From Candidatus Latescibacterota bacterium (lineage in GTDB: Bacteria > Latescibacterota > UBA2968 > GCA-2709665), in contig CBDCOX010000002.1 of NCBI GenBank assembly GCA_965219995.1, forward strand, positions 32,001 through 96,000: a stretch of 64,000 nucleotides of DNA, read 5' to 3'. Every line of letters begins with the position of its first letter. Within the stretch, counting starts at the first letter, position 1. The notes beneath the pieces were generated by a model. It did no database searches and was not told where the DNA came from. It saw nothing but the letters and a program-made list of their open reading frames with translations. The position numbers were made by a program, and so were the translations under genes. Positions 41,773 to 51,127 of this stretch are shown here, piece by piece.

Positions 41773-42921
41773 CTAAAGGTAGTTCACACCGTACCACAGC
41801 GCCGGAATCGGGAACACCTCCGCCAGGACCTCGCCGGCGCGCCCTCCTGATTTCAGCAGCGAGTCTTCGGCGCCATCGAGCGTACCGAAGATCAGCTGCA
41901 CCGCGGCGCCCTGGTCCGGGGCCACCACCCGGTCGCCACCATACGAGAAGATCATCTCGTCTCCCTGCTCCCTGAAGACCAGGCTCTGCGCCGCCGACTC
42001 TCCCACCACTTCCGCGAAGTACGGCCGCATCCGCTCCATGAACTGCACGAAATTGATCAGCGTAACCGTCCCCGATGAATTGGCCGGCGCGCCGGTGATC
42101 CCCCTGGCCTGAAGACAGTCCTGGAACCAGCGGTCGCATCCCATGACGTGGAGCCCGATCGACTGGATGTCCAGCGTCCGGACCAGCTTTCCGAGGGCGC
42201 CGGTCAGGCATCGGCGGTCGCCTGCCGCCTCCTGTACCGGTATGCTGCCGTCGCCTTCGCCCGGCTGTTGCACGATCATATATCCGCGCGTCAGCCCTGC
42301 CTCGCACACTTTGAAGACCAGCGCGGGACGGTTCATGACGAACCCGTTGAAGGCGTAGGCGTAGTCGGAGGGGGGGCGCATCCATCGCACGTGCTCCTCC
42401 CGGTAGACCGAAGCCAGTTCGGGTACATCGTCAGGAGAGGCCGCCACCAGTTCCACGCCCGCGTCGTCGAAATCCCCGGCCCGATCCGCCTTGAGCGTGA
42501 AGTTCCAGTCGCGGCCGACGTAGCGGCAACCGTACCGGTGGTACATCTTGCGGTACCCGGAAACCAGCATGAAGTCCACCCCGTCGTCCCGGCAGACACG
42601 CATCGTGTCTTCGAACAGGGCCGTTGCGTACCCGTTGCCGCGGTGTTCTTCGTACGTGGCCACCCCGCCAAGGGACGACGCGCGCACGGTGCATCCGAAT
42701 ATGGACGCGTTCCGCCGCAGCGCGCCGATGTGAGACACGACGCGACCGTCCACCACCACCACCCGCATTTCACCGGCGTGCGCCGGGGTATAGAAGTGGG
42801 GATATTCGTCGACCAGACCCGGCCGGAACACGGTGTGGACCAGTTCGGACAGGCTCTCGAATTCGTCCGGATGCAGGCTGCGCATGCCATCGCGCCATGA
42901 GGGTTCGGTTTCTCTGGGCAT
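41773..42921 (-). CDS. GNAT family acetyltransferase (Eis-like)
   Basis: LGGVATYEEHRGNGYATAL acetyl-CoA motif; tandem GNAT/SCP2-like length. Confidence 0.85.
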   Translation of the reverse strand: MPRETEPSWRDGMRSLHPDEFESLSELVHTVFRPGLVDEYPHFYTPAHAGEMRVVVVDGRVVSHIGALRRNASIFGCTVRASSLGGVATYEEHRGNGYATALFEDTMRVCRDDGVDFMLVSGYRKMYHRYGCRYVGRDWNFTLKADRAGDFDDAGVELVAASPDDVPELASVYREEHVRWMRPPSDYAYAFNGFVMNRPALVFKVCEAGLTRGYMIVQQPGEGDGSIPVQEAAGDRRCLTGALGKLVRTLDIQSIGLHVMGCDRWFQDCLQARGITGAPANSSGTVTLINFVQFMERMRPYFAEVVGESAAQSLVFREQGDEMIFSYGGDRVVAPDQGAAVQLIFGTLDGAEDSLLKSGGRAGEVLAEVFPIPALWYGVNYL

Positions 42922-42971
42922 TCTCGTCTCCCTTCACCGGGGATCTGGGGACCCCAACGAGTCAGATGAAC

Positions 42972-43164
42972 CTCAATTCCAAAAAAGAAAACCGTTAAAT
43001 TGGCCACAAAAAGCACAAAAGACACAAAACGTATCGGTGCAAACGGCGTGTGTCGTAACGCGGTGACCCTCAGGTATTTCCTTGTCTTTCGGCCATGCAC
43101 CCTGAAACAGGAAGGCGGTTTTTGTGCCTCTTGTGGCAATCTGCCTTTAATCGAAAAGTCCAGC
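42972..43164. repeat. MITE-like element, family B, copy 2
   Basis: Same ends and interior (AAACGGCGTGTGTC, GGTATTTCCTTGTCTTTCGGC) as 12695-12890. Confidence 0.8.
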
Positions 43165-43247
43165 CAGCCGAAACTGTGGAAAAAACTCCCGAAACGGGCC
43201 GAAAAGGTCGTCTCGCAGGACATTTTTTCCGTTCACGTCCAGTGTCC

Positions 43248-44213
43248 TCAATTATCCAGGCAATCCGACGCCGCTTCTCCCGACATAAAGCCCGGAACGC
43301 TGAAGTACCGTTCCGCCGAATCGCAGATCACCGTGGCCACGCGCTTGCCTTCGCCCATTTCCTCCGCCACCCGGAGCGCTGCCCAGACGTTCGCGCCCGC
43401 CGATATGCCGCTCAGGATACCCTCTTCGGACGCGAGGCGTCTTGCGGTCTCGAACGCGTCGGCCTCGGTCGCGCAGATCACCCGGTGGTAGATCTCCCGG
43501 TTCAGTACCTCGGGTACGAATCCCGCGCCGATGCCCTGGATGTCGTGAAGTCCCGGCGCACCGCCGGAAAGCACATTGGACCGTTGCGGTTCCACCGCCA
43601 CCACCAGGACCCCGGGCAGTTCCGCCTTCAGGACCTCGCCCACGCCCGTGATGGTGCCGCCCGTACCCACGCCGGCCACGAACGCGTCCAGCCGCCCCTC
43701 CACCGCATCCAGAATCTCGCGCGCGGTTGTGCGGCGGTGCACCTCGGGATTCGCCGGATTCGCGAACTGCTGGGGCATGAACGTCTCGGCGGGGGCCTCC
43801 CTCGCGATGCGTACCGCCTCGTCCACGGCGCCCTGCATGTCCTCCGCGCCCGGGGTCAGCACGACGTCGGCCCCGAAACTCTGCAGGAGGTCCCGCCGTT
43901 CCCGGCTCATGGAATCCGGCATGGTCAGCACCAGGCGATATCCCTTCGCCGCGGCAACAAGGGCAAGGCCGATGCCTGTATTCCCGCTGGTGGGCTCCAC
44001 AATGGTCATGCCCGGCTTCAGGCTGCCGTCCCGCTCGGCGGCATCGATCATGGCGAACGCAATCCGGTCCTTCACCGAACAGACCGGGTTGGCGGCCTCG
44101 ATCTTTGCGGCCACTTCGGCCATGCCCGGTTCCACCATCCGGTTCAGCCGCACCATCGGCGTTTCGCCGATCAGTTCCAGGATGTCGTCCACTACCGCGT
44201 TGGCCGCTGGCAT
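43248..44213 (-). CDS. cysK: Cysteine synthase A
   Basis: NPVCSVKDRIA (PLP Lys), EPTSGNTGIGLA, GVGTGGTITG, IQGIGAGFVP. Confidence 0.95.
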   Translation of the reverse strand: MPAANAVVDDILELIGETPMVRLNRMVEPGMAEVAAKIEAANPVCSVKDRIAFAMIDAAERDGSLKPGMTIVEPTSGNTGIGLALVAAAKGYRLVLTMPDSMSRERRDLLQSFGADVVLTPGAEDMQGAVDEAVRIAREAPAETFMPQQFANPANPEVHRRTTAREILDAVEGRLDAFVAGVGTGGTITGVGEVLKAELPGVLVVAVEPQRSNVLSGGAPGLHDIQGIGAGFVPEVLNREIYHRVICATEADAFETARRLASEEGILSGISAGANVWAALRVAEEMGEGKRVATVICDSAERYFSVPGFMSGEAASDCLDN

Positions 44214-44223
44214 GTCGCTACCT

Positions 44224-44673
44224 TTAATGTTCTGTCCCGCGGGTCTCCACGGCCTCAATCGCCAGTTTCCCCAGCCGCTGAATGTCCTCCGCGATCGACT
44301 CGTCTTCCAGGTCCGCGGGGCCGCACCACCGGTATCCCTCGGCCTCGGAGGCCGCCACCTTCAGGCTGCCGCCCGTGACCCGTGCGAAATAGATCAGGTC
44401 GATGTGCTGGTGGTCGGCTGAAATCTGTTCCAGGAGGATGCATTCGGGGCGGCTCAGCACGTCCACCGTGCCCATCCGAGAGCGACGTGACAGGAGGGCA
44501 ACCTCCAGGCCGCATTCTTCCCGGACCTCCCGGACGGCCGCGTCGCACGGCAGTTCGTCCTTGTCGATATGCCCGCCGGGCGGAAGCCACAGCCTGAGCC
44601 GCTTGTGAAACAGCAACAACGTCCTGCCGTCCTGAACGACGAACGTGGTCGCGGTGAAATCTCGCGTCGTCAT
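44224..44673 (-). CDS. NUDIX hydrolase
   Basis: PGGHIDKDELPCDAAVREVREECGL Nudix box. Confidence 0.92.
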   Translation of the reverse strand: MTTRDFTATTFVVQDGRTLLLFHKRLRLWLPPGGHIDKDELPCDAAVREVREECGLEVALLSRRSRMGTVDVLSRPECILLEQISADHQHIDLIYFARVTGGSLKVAASEAEGYRWCGPADLEDESIAEDIQRLGKLAIEAVETRGTEH

Positions 44674-44789
44674 CACCCTGAATATACCTTGCGCGACCGA
44701 GGGGTGAAAGTACAAAAGGACTGTGATTGGAGTGATTAAAACCTGATTAGCGTGATTAAGGCAAAGGCGGGTACAGGTCAAAAGCAACA

Positions 44790-44980
44790 AACATGGATGG
44801 ACAGGATGGACAGGATAAAACCAAACGAGAAGGTAAACCGGGTGGAAGCTGAGCGGCCAGGCTGCGCGGAACCGGTCATGAACGCCGACCCGGATTTCCG
44901 GACGTCCCAGCTGACCTGGTTTCTCGTACCGCCTTTTCCGGTCTTACGCCTTTATCCTGCCTGTCCTGTGCATCCATGTT
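44790..44980. repeat. Family A (GGACAGGAT-periodic) inverted pair
   Basis: + copy 44790-44819 AACATGGATGGACAGGATGGACAGGATAAA; - copy 44951-44980. Confidence 0.85.
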
Positions 44981-45026
44981 AAATCGTGTGTTGCTTCTTG
45001 GGTTGTCGGGTGTCGTCATTTCCGGT

Positions 45027-45410
45027 CTACCAGATGGTCTGTGCGTAATACGCCTGGATGATCGCATCGGAGGTGACGATGGGGCAGGCGTTCAGGCCGG
45101 CGGTGGCGACGATGGTCCGATCGGCGGGGTCCCGATGGTCCCAGTCCAGTTCCAGATTTCTGATCCATGTCCGGGCGCAGACGGGGAGGATTTCGACGCG
45201 GTCGACTTGTTCCAGTCTGTCCGTGAATTCCCGGATGGAAACCGGTATAACCAGTTGTTCTTTCTTGACCTTGATACCGATTTCCCATATCGATATCGCA
45301 CTGAGGGCAATCCTGTCGGCGTCCGCAATCGCCTGTGCGGCAGCATTCGACAGCCGATCTCGATCGAGCGTCCAGAATATGAGGGAGGAGGTGTCCAGGA
45401 GGACCATCAC
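45027..45410 (-). CDS. vapC: VapC PIN-domain toxin
   Basis: LLDTSSLIFW, SAISIWEI, HRDPADRTIVATA, VTSD. Confidence 0.93.
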   Translation of the reverse strand: MMVLLDTSSLIFWTLDRDRLSNAAAQAIADADRIALSAISIWEIGIKVKKEQLVIPVSIREFTDRLEQVDRVEILPVCARTWIRNLELDWDHRDPADRTIVATAGLNACPIVTSDAIIQAYYAQTIW

Positions 45411-45637
45411 GATTCCGTCCATTCATCTGTGGTCGGAAGATTGATGTCGTCGCGATAGATGACCTGGCCCGAAAGCGCGCCGAACACGTCGTCGACCGTC
45501 TTCTTTCTCGAAATCGGCTGAATGCGCAACACCGGGCGCCTGCGATCCGTGACGATCAACGACTCGCCGGATTCCTCAAGCTCGCGAAAGATGCGCAGCA
45601 TGTGCGCTTTCAGTTTGCTCTTGGAGATGGAATTCAT
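45407..45637 (-). CDS. Phd/YefM family antitoxin
   Basis: ISKSKLKAHMLRIFRELEESGESLIVTDRRRPV; overlaps the vapC start. Confidence 0.9.
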   Translation of the reverse strand: MNSISKSKLKAHMLRIFRELEESGESLIVTDRRRPVLRIQPISRKKTVDDVFGALSGQVIYRDDINLPTTDEWTES

Positions 45638-45659
45638 ACGATCTCCTTACGAAATAAAA

Positions 45660-45713
45660 ATGACTATAGTCATCACTATGGTCATAATATACATAAACAA
45701 GAAATACTGTCAA
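45660..45713 (-). promoter_or_regulatory. TA promoter with tandem palindromic operators
   Basis: Minus-strand TTGACA 45713-45708 and TATATT 45691-45686; ATGACTATAGTCAT palindrome plus an imperfect second copy, 45660-45685. Confidence 0.65.
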
Positions 45714-45757
45714 ATGAAACGACAGGGTATGACTAACGGGGACAAATCGAGAATTTC

Positions 45758-46252
45758 ACATGGGCGGACAGGATGAACAGGATATAGATCACAAACCTGC
45801 AATATCCAGTCATCCCTGCGTACGATTCATTCCGGTCTTGAAGGATTTTCCTCCTCACCACCTGAGCCCATTACGTCCCACCTGAACCGTGTTCTCGCAC
45901 CGCCTTTTTTAATTATACGCCTTTATCCTGCCTGTCCTGTGCATCCGTGTTCCACTGCATCAATTCTCGATGGTCATTCGCTACCAACCATTACCGACAT
46001 GGATGGACAGGATAAACAGGATAACATCCAAACCGGAAACACCAGGTCAAGCCAGCAAATCAATTAATCCTGCCGTTGCAGATCCTGATTCAGGCTTCAC
46101 GAGATCGATGTCGCACACTGCGTCAACGTGCTTCTAATGTACTACGGAGTCTCGTCATCAGCCGCAGACCGCACCCTGTTGTGTCCCGTCTGTATGTTTG
46201 TGATGTGATCTCCTGTTTTGCCTTTATCCTGTCCATCCTGTGCATCCATGTT
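45758..46252. repeat. Two consecutive family A inverted pairs
   Basis: +45758-45786/-45922-45951 and +45997-46024/-46223-46252. Confidence 0.85.
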
Positions 46253-46864
46253 TCATTCTTCTTTGCCAGGATCTTCGCCGGTTTTTTCCCATGCCTTCGT
46301 GAATGTCTCCGGCTCAACGCCGAGCGCATCGGCCACGCGGTTAATGTAGTTGAAGAAGCCGATGATCTGGATGGCGTCGTGGATGGACCGATCGTCGAAA
46401 CCGTGCTCGCGCAGCCGCTCGATATCCGCGGCGGTAGAGTCTCTCGGATCCAGGCTGAGCTTCTTCGCGAAGGCGCATAGCGCGCGGTCGGCGGGGGAGA
46501 GGGGGGCCCGGCGCCAGTCGGCGGCAACCAGATGCACCAGCCGGTCGGCCTCGCTGTCATCTTCAACGCCGAAATCCGCGGCGACCTCGGCACGGAGGTC
46601 GTGGGCGTGGGCGCGTATTCAGTAGACGCAACGGTTTGCGGCCGAAACGACCACGGCGAGCATCTCTCGCTGCGCACGGCTGAGCGGGGAGGGGCCGTGC
46701 ATCAACGCGCCGTAGAAATCCAGCGACGCCTTCATCGCGCGGGGGTTCTGGCTCATCACGGAAACAATGCCCCAGACGCGCCCCTCCCGCCCCATCGCGG
46801 CGTCATACTGCTGCTTCAACAAACCCGTCGCGGCCTCCGGAGGAATGACGTCGATATAGGGCAT
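46253..46864 (-). CDS. AhpD/carboxymuconolactone decarboxylase-like peroxidase-related protein, probable selenoprotein (CxxU)
   Basis: ORFs 46619-46864 and 46253-46537 are in one frame, joined through TGA 46621-46619: NRCVY-U-IRAH; C-terminal FFNYINRVADALG; hairpin just 3' of the UGA. Confidence 0.85.
46582..46601 (-). promoter_or_regulatory. Putative bacterial SECIS hairpin
   Basis: CGACCTC-CGTGCC-GAGGTCG starting 17 nt after the UGA; G at loop position 2. Confidence 0.65.
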
Positions 46865-46945
46865 CGCGGCCTCCTTCGCAACATGGATCAATGCGGAAAC
46901 GGCAAAACCAAAAAGGCAAGGTAAATTCAACAACACAAACCAACA

Positions 46946-47080
46946 AACATGGATGGACAGGATGGGCAGGATAAAAACCGTGAGAAACTAAGAAAATCGC
47001 TAAAGACACGAAAACCGCAAAGAACAGGTCAAATCAAAACTGCCAAACATGGATGGACAGGATGAGCAGGATAAAAACCG
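46946..47080 (+). repeat. Tandem family A doublet (left boundary of the inner island)
   Basis: + copies at 46946 and 47046; the block resembles 62791-62920. Confidence 0.8.
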
Positions 47081-47221
47081 CGAAAAAAGATAAAATCAGT
47101 CAAACCTGCGGTAAGGCACACTGGCTGTTCAAGTTGCCATCTCAAACTTTATTTGTCTTTGAGTATTCTGAGGATTGTCTTATGGAAAATACGGAAAAAT
47201 AAGGAGTTGGCACGTATAAAA

Positions 47222-47248
47222 ATGGCCCAGGGATTTGCCTGGGCCGTT
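47222..47248 (-). terminator. Putative terminator after the YjzC-like gene
   Basis: GGCCCAGG-GATTTG-CCTGGGCC hairpin with a U tail on the minus strand. Confidence 0.55.
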
Positions 47249-47277
47249 TAAGATCGCACATCTAAAGATCAATGCAA

Positions 47278-47478
47278 TCAACGTTTTCCATGCCCACTTT
47301 GATTCTTAGTACGGTCCACAAGTCGAAATTTCCAACCAGGACGTTGTGTTGGTGGCAAAGGTCTATCTATAATAGCAGTTATCTCAATTGCATTAGGGAC
47401 CTTACCACCAAGTGGTCCCACTTCCTGATATTGACCCGAAGCCTGAGCCAGCTCACCCGATCTTTGCAACCTAGGCAT
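47278..47478 (-). CDS. YjzC-like small protein
   Basis: GELAQASGQYQEVGPLGG..PLPPTQRPG..LVDRTK; GGAGG RBS. Confidence 0.8.
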   Translation of the reverse strand: MPRLQRSGELAQASGQYQEVGPLGGKVPNAIEITAIIDRPLPPTQRPGWKFRLVDRTKNQSGHGKR

Positions 47479-48009
47479 TGGAAAGTCCTCCAAATAAATT
47501 TGTCGTAAACAAAAACGGCATATTTATTAATGAGTTACGGGGGAATGGATATTGGGTTCTACGGGCTCACCTCCTTAACCCTTCCATTTGACCGTATCCT
47601 TGATTAGTGGTTCTTGCGCGGCTGCCGTCAACAGCCGCGCATCTTCTTACTTTAAAATAGCATTGTGTTCGCCAGAAGACAAACATTTAAATGAAAATTT
47701 ATCACAAAAACCCCCTCTTTTCGTACCATGTCAATGGCCTCAGAAGGTAGAGCTTCTGAGGCCATATCGTGAAGAGACTCAAAATTCAAATTCATTATCC
47801 GTATGTTACCGAATCGGAGCCCTTCTCTTTACTAACTTTACCGGATACAAAGGGTACGGGTATCGTTTTGGGTCCCCGACTGCCATCATCACGACCATAG
47901 GGTTGTGTATTTTGTTCTTTGACAGATCGCTCCCAACCCTCATTACCAGGCGCAGGCGCAGGTGTCGGTGCTTCCTTTGGATGATTCATTTTGGCCCCTT
48001 TCTGACTTA

Positions 48010-48822
48010 CTATGGCAGCACACTACTGGTGACTCGTTTTTGTCGAACTATACGTAAGCCCTCCTTTTGAGTAATTACTGCAATATCCACTGGACCCCCG
48101 ACACTTCGAACCCCAGAAGTAAAATGCATTAGCTTAGTAGTAGTTTCAATAAGAAATACTGAAAGATCGATACAATCTTGAAGAGGCAAAAAACCATAAG
48201 GTATAGAGACAGATAACGGATTCAAAATAGTTTGTTGTATATTTTGACATTGTTCATCTGTTAATGATAATAAGTCTCGTAACTGTTGCAATACTTGATC
48301 ACCCACGCCACCTAAAAGGTGAAAAGCATGAGTTGTGACTCCACCCCAACATAAACCAAAATCACCGTCCGCTGCGCGTATTTCTATGGGCTCTATATTT
48401 TCATTTGGAACATGTGTTAAATAGACTCGACCATGTCCTTCATTTTCATTATAACCGCCCACTAAAAAATAAATATGGCCGGGTGGGTTATTAGGTGCCG
48501 CTGAGGCCCAAGCATTATTAAAGAAATCTCGAAGCAATAAGGCAAAATTCAACACTGATAATCGTGGTTGAGTTCTAATATAGTTTTCAAATTCTGGTAA
48601 ATAACTATGTACCGTTCTTGGCGAAAGTGAATTTATGGCTCCCGCTCCATATGTCATGGCCCCAATATGACTTTGCTTCTTAGTGTATAGTAGCTTCATT
48701 GCATTATCATACGTAGAAGCAAATACCAAATCCGTATTAGGTTCTTGTGATGTAAATGTTGTACGACTATCTACCGCTAAGACAACACCTTCTGAAGCCT
48801 TAAAAGCAATTGCAAAGGACAT
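48010..48822 (-). CDS. Proteasome-beta/Ntn-hydrolase-like protein
   Basis: N-terminal S-FAIAFKASEGVVLAVDSRTT, FLVGGY, C-terminal VGGPVDIAVIT; AT-rich DNA. Confidence 0.7.
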   Translation of the reverse strand: MSFAIAFKASEGVVLAVDSRTTFTSQEPNTDLVFASTYDNAMKLLYTKKQSHIGAMTYGAGAINSLSPRTVHSYLPEFENYIRTQPRLSVLNFALLLRDFFNNAWASAAPNNPPGHIYFLVGGYNENEGHGRVYLTHVPNENIEPIEIRAADGDFGLCWGGVTTHAFHLLGGVGDQVLQQLRDLLSLTDEQCQNIQQTILNPLSVSIPYGFLPLQDCIDLSVFLIETTTKLMHFTSGVRSVGGPVDIAVITQKEGLRIVRQKRVTSSVLP

Positions 48823-48968
48823 CTCAAATACCTCTTAAATTTACCGTATCTTACAAAATAAAGCAAGTTTAAAACCACGCTTGATACGTTTAGTTATTAT
48901 CACTAATAGTTAAGTAGCAACCCTCAAAATATGAACTTCAAGATAAAATGTCAATAATTTAAACGACT

Positions 48969-49419
48969 TTAAACACACCCTCCCAAAACCCCCTCCTTCC
49001 GCCGATTGTACCGATAGCACGCCTCGGCCAGATACAGTTCCATCCACTTTAAGCTGTAGTGATGTTGAGTGCAGTAATACGCCCGTTTCACGGTTTCCCA
49101 GAACAACGCCAGCCGGCGCAACGGAGTCTCGCTGGGCCGATGATCGAAGTACCAATCCAACATCTTGAAGAAATTATGTCGAGTCGTGTGCAATCGCGTC
49201 CCCCGCTTAATCATCTCCTTCAAAGCCCCATAGACTGCTAGACTTACTCGTACCGATTCGGACCGTTACCCTTCCCCCGTGCTCGATCGCACCTACCAGC
49301 ATTGTCTTCTTCGTCCAGTATGCCCGGACTGATTTACTGTATCGCGGCTTTCCGCCCAGGTAAGTTTCACTGGCCTCGACTATACCGGTCAGCAATTCCC
49401 GACCTGCGACCCGTTGCAT
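48969..49419 (-). pseudogene. IS1595 family transposase relic
   Basis: Frame-broken fragments GIVEASETYLGGKPR..KTMLVGAIEHGG and FWETVKRAYY..HHYSLKWMELYLAEACYRYNRR; 5' part cut off by IS21. Confidence 0.8.
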
Positions 49420-49559
49420 CTGTTGCTGTTAATGATCGCCCATATGCGGCCAATGCGGGATCGCCCTAATGGGGCCACCTGGGATGCGATATAGGTTTCG
49501 GACTATCCGGCAACGGTTCTACCTTCTGATTGTCTCCCCGACAGTCAGGAGGGAAGGAC

Positions 49560-51107
49560 ATGGCCAACCGGAGGTTCGAGATGTATCAGATTCGCCAGGT
49601 ATTGACGCGTATGCGGTTGGGCGATTCGGATCGTGCGATCGCCCGTTCAGGGTTGATGGGTCGGCAGAAGGCCGGCGCGCTTCGTGACGTGGCAGGCCGT
49701 GAGGGATGGCTGGACGCTTCCAACGTGTTGCCCGATGATGCCACGCTGGTGCAGGTGGTTCAGGTTCCAACCTCGCGACCTCAGTCGGCCTCGTCGGTTT
49801 TGCCCTACCAGGACAAGGTGACAGCCTGGTGGCGTGAGGGTATCCGGGGTACCGTCATCCACCAGGCGTTGGTGGACACCTACGGCTATGCCGGCTCGTA
49901 TTCTTCCATCCGTCGTTTTCTCCAGCAGCTCAAAGACGCTCATCCCGACGTCACCACCGTGTTGGACTTCGATCCGGGCGACGTGGCGCAGGTGGACTTC
50001 GGGCGGGGTCCCACGATACAGGACGTCTTCACCCACCAGACCATCGCGACGTGGATCTTCGTGATGGTGCTGGCCTGGTCTCGCCACCAGTATGCCGAGA
50101 TCGTGCCGGACCAGAAGGTCGAGACGTGGCTTTCCTGCCACAGAAGCGCCTTCGAGTTCTTCGGCGGAGTCCCGGCACGCGTGGTGATCGACAACCCCAA
50201 AAACGCCATCACCAGGGCCTGCTACCACGATCCGGAGGTGCAGCGCGCCTACGGCGAGTGCGCCGAAGGCTATGGCTTCACCATCTCCCCGTGCCCCGTG
50301 CGAGACCCGAAGAAGAAGGGGCGCGTGGAGGCTGCCGTGAAGTATGTCAAGCGCAGCTTTGTTCCCCTGCGCCAGTTCCGTGACATCAGAGATGCCAACC
50401 GGCAGTTGCAGGACTGGATCCTGGGGGTGGCCGGTAACCGCATTCACGGCACTACCCACGAACGACCCCTGACACGCTTTGCACAGACCGAGCGCGAGTT
50501 CCTCAAGCCGTTACCCGCCATTCCACCTGAGCAGGCGGCCTGGGCCAAGGTGAAGGTTCACGGCGACTGCCACGTCCAGTTCGAGAAGTGTCGATACTCC
50601 GTGCCCTATGCCCTGGTGCGCCAACAGCTCTGGTTGCGGGCCAGCCCAAAAACCGTGAGGATCTACCAGAACCACAACATGGTGGCCGTTCACCTCCGTA
50701 AAAACACACCTGGTGCACGCGCGACCGTTACCGAACATCTGCCGCCAGAGGCGCGCGCTTTCCTGATGCGCGATCCACAATGGTGCCTCAAACAGGCACA
50801 GCGTATCGGTCCTTCCTGCCACCACCTCATCAAGACCCTCTTCTCCGATCGCGTGCTGGACAACCTCCGCGCTGCGCAGGGCATCATCCGACTTTCACAA
50901 CGCTACGGCGCAAGGCGCCTCGAGGCCGCCTGCGACCGCGCCCTGGCCTTTGACAACCCCCGCTACCGGAGTGTCAAAAGCATCCTCGAAAAAGGTCTGG
51001 ACCAATGCAAGCATCCAAATGAGACGTCCACAGCCCCACACACCCTCGCGTCAGCCTATACGGGACAGGGACGTTTTTGTCGCGATGCCACAACCCTCTT
51101 CAGCTAA
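49560..51107 (+). CDS. istA: IS21 transposase IstA
   Basis: PGDVAQVDFG, FFGGVP..DNPK, KGRVEAAV DDE motifs. Confidence 0.95.
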   Translation: MANRRFEMYQIRQVLTRMRLGDSDRAIARSGLMGRQKAGALRDVAGREGWLDASNVLPDDATLVQVVQVPTSRPQSASSVLPYQDKVTAWWREGIRGTVIHQALVDTYGYAGSYSSIRRFLQQLKDAHPDVTTVLDFDPGDVAQVDFGRGPTIQDVFTHQTIATWIFVMVLAWSRHQYAEIVPDQKVETWLSCHRSAFEFFGGVPARVVIDNPKNAITRACYHDPEVQRAYGECAEGYGFTISPCPVRDPKKKGRVEAAVKYVKRSFVPLRQFRDIRDANRQLQDWILGVAGNRIHGTTHERPLTRFAQTEREFLKPLPAIPPEQAAWAKVKVHGDCHVQFEKCRYSVPYALVRQQLWLRASPKTVRIYQNHNMVAVHLRKNTPGARATVTEHLPPEARAFLMRDPQWCLKQAQRIGPSCHHLIKTLFSDRVLDNLRAAQGIIRLSQRYGARRLEAACDRALAFDNPRYRSVKSILEKGLDQCKHPNETSTAPHTLASAYTGQGRFCRDATTLFS

Positions 51108-51127
51108 AAAAACGGGAGAACAACAAC

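Noticed and set aside
46253-46936. Two separate small genes or a nonsense pseudogene
   Set aside because: The in-frame UGA at the catalytic Cys position plus the downstream hairpin is better explained by selenocysteine.
47795-47989. 64-aa ORF downstream of the Ntn-like gene
   Set aside because: Low complexity with no recognisable motif; not called as a feature, though it may be real.
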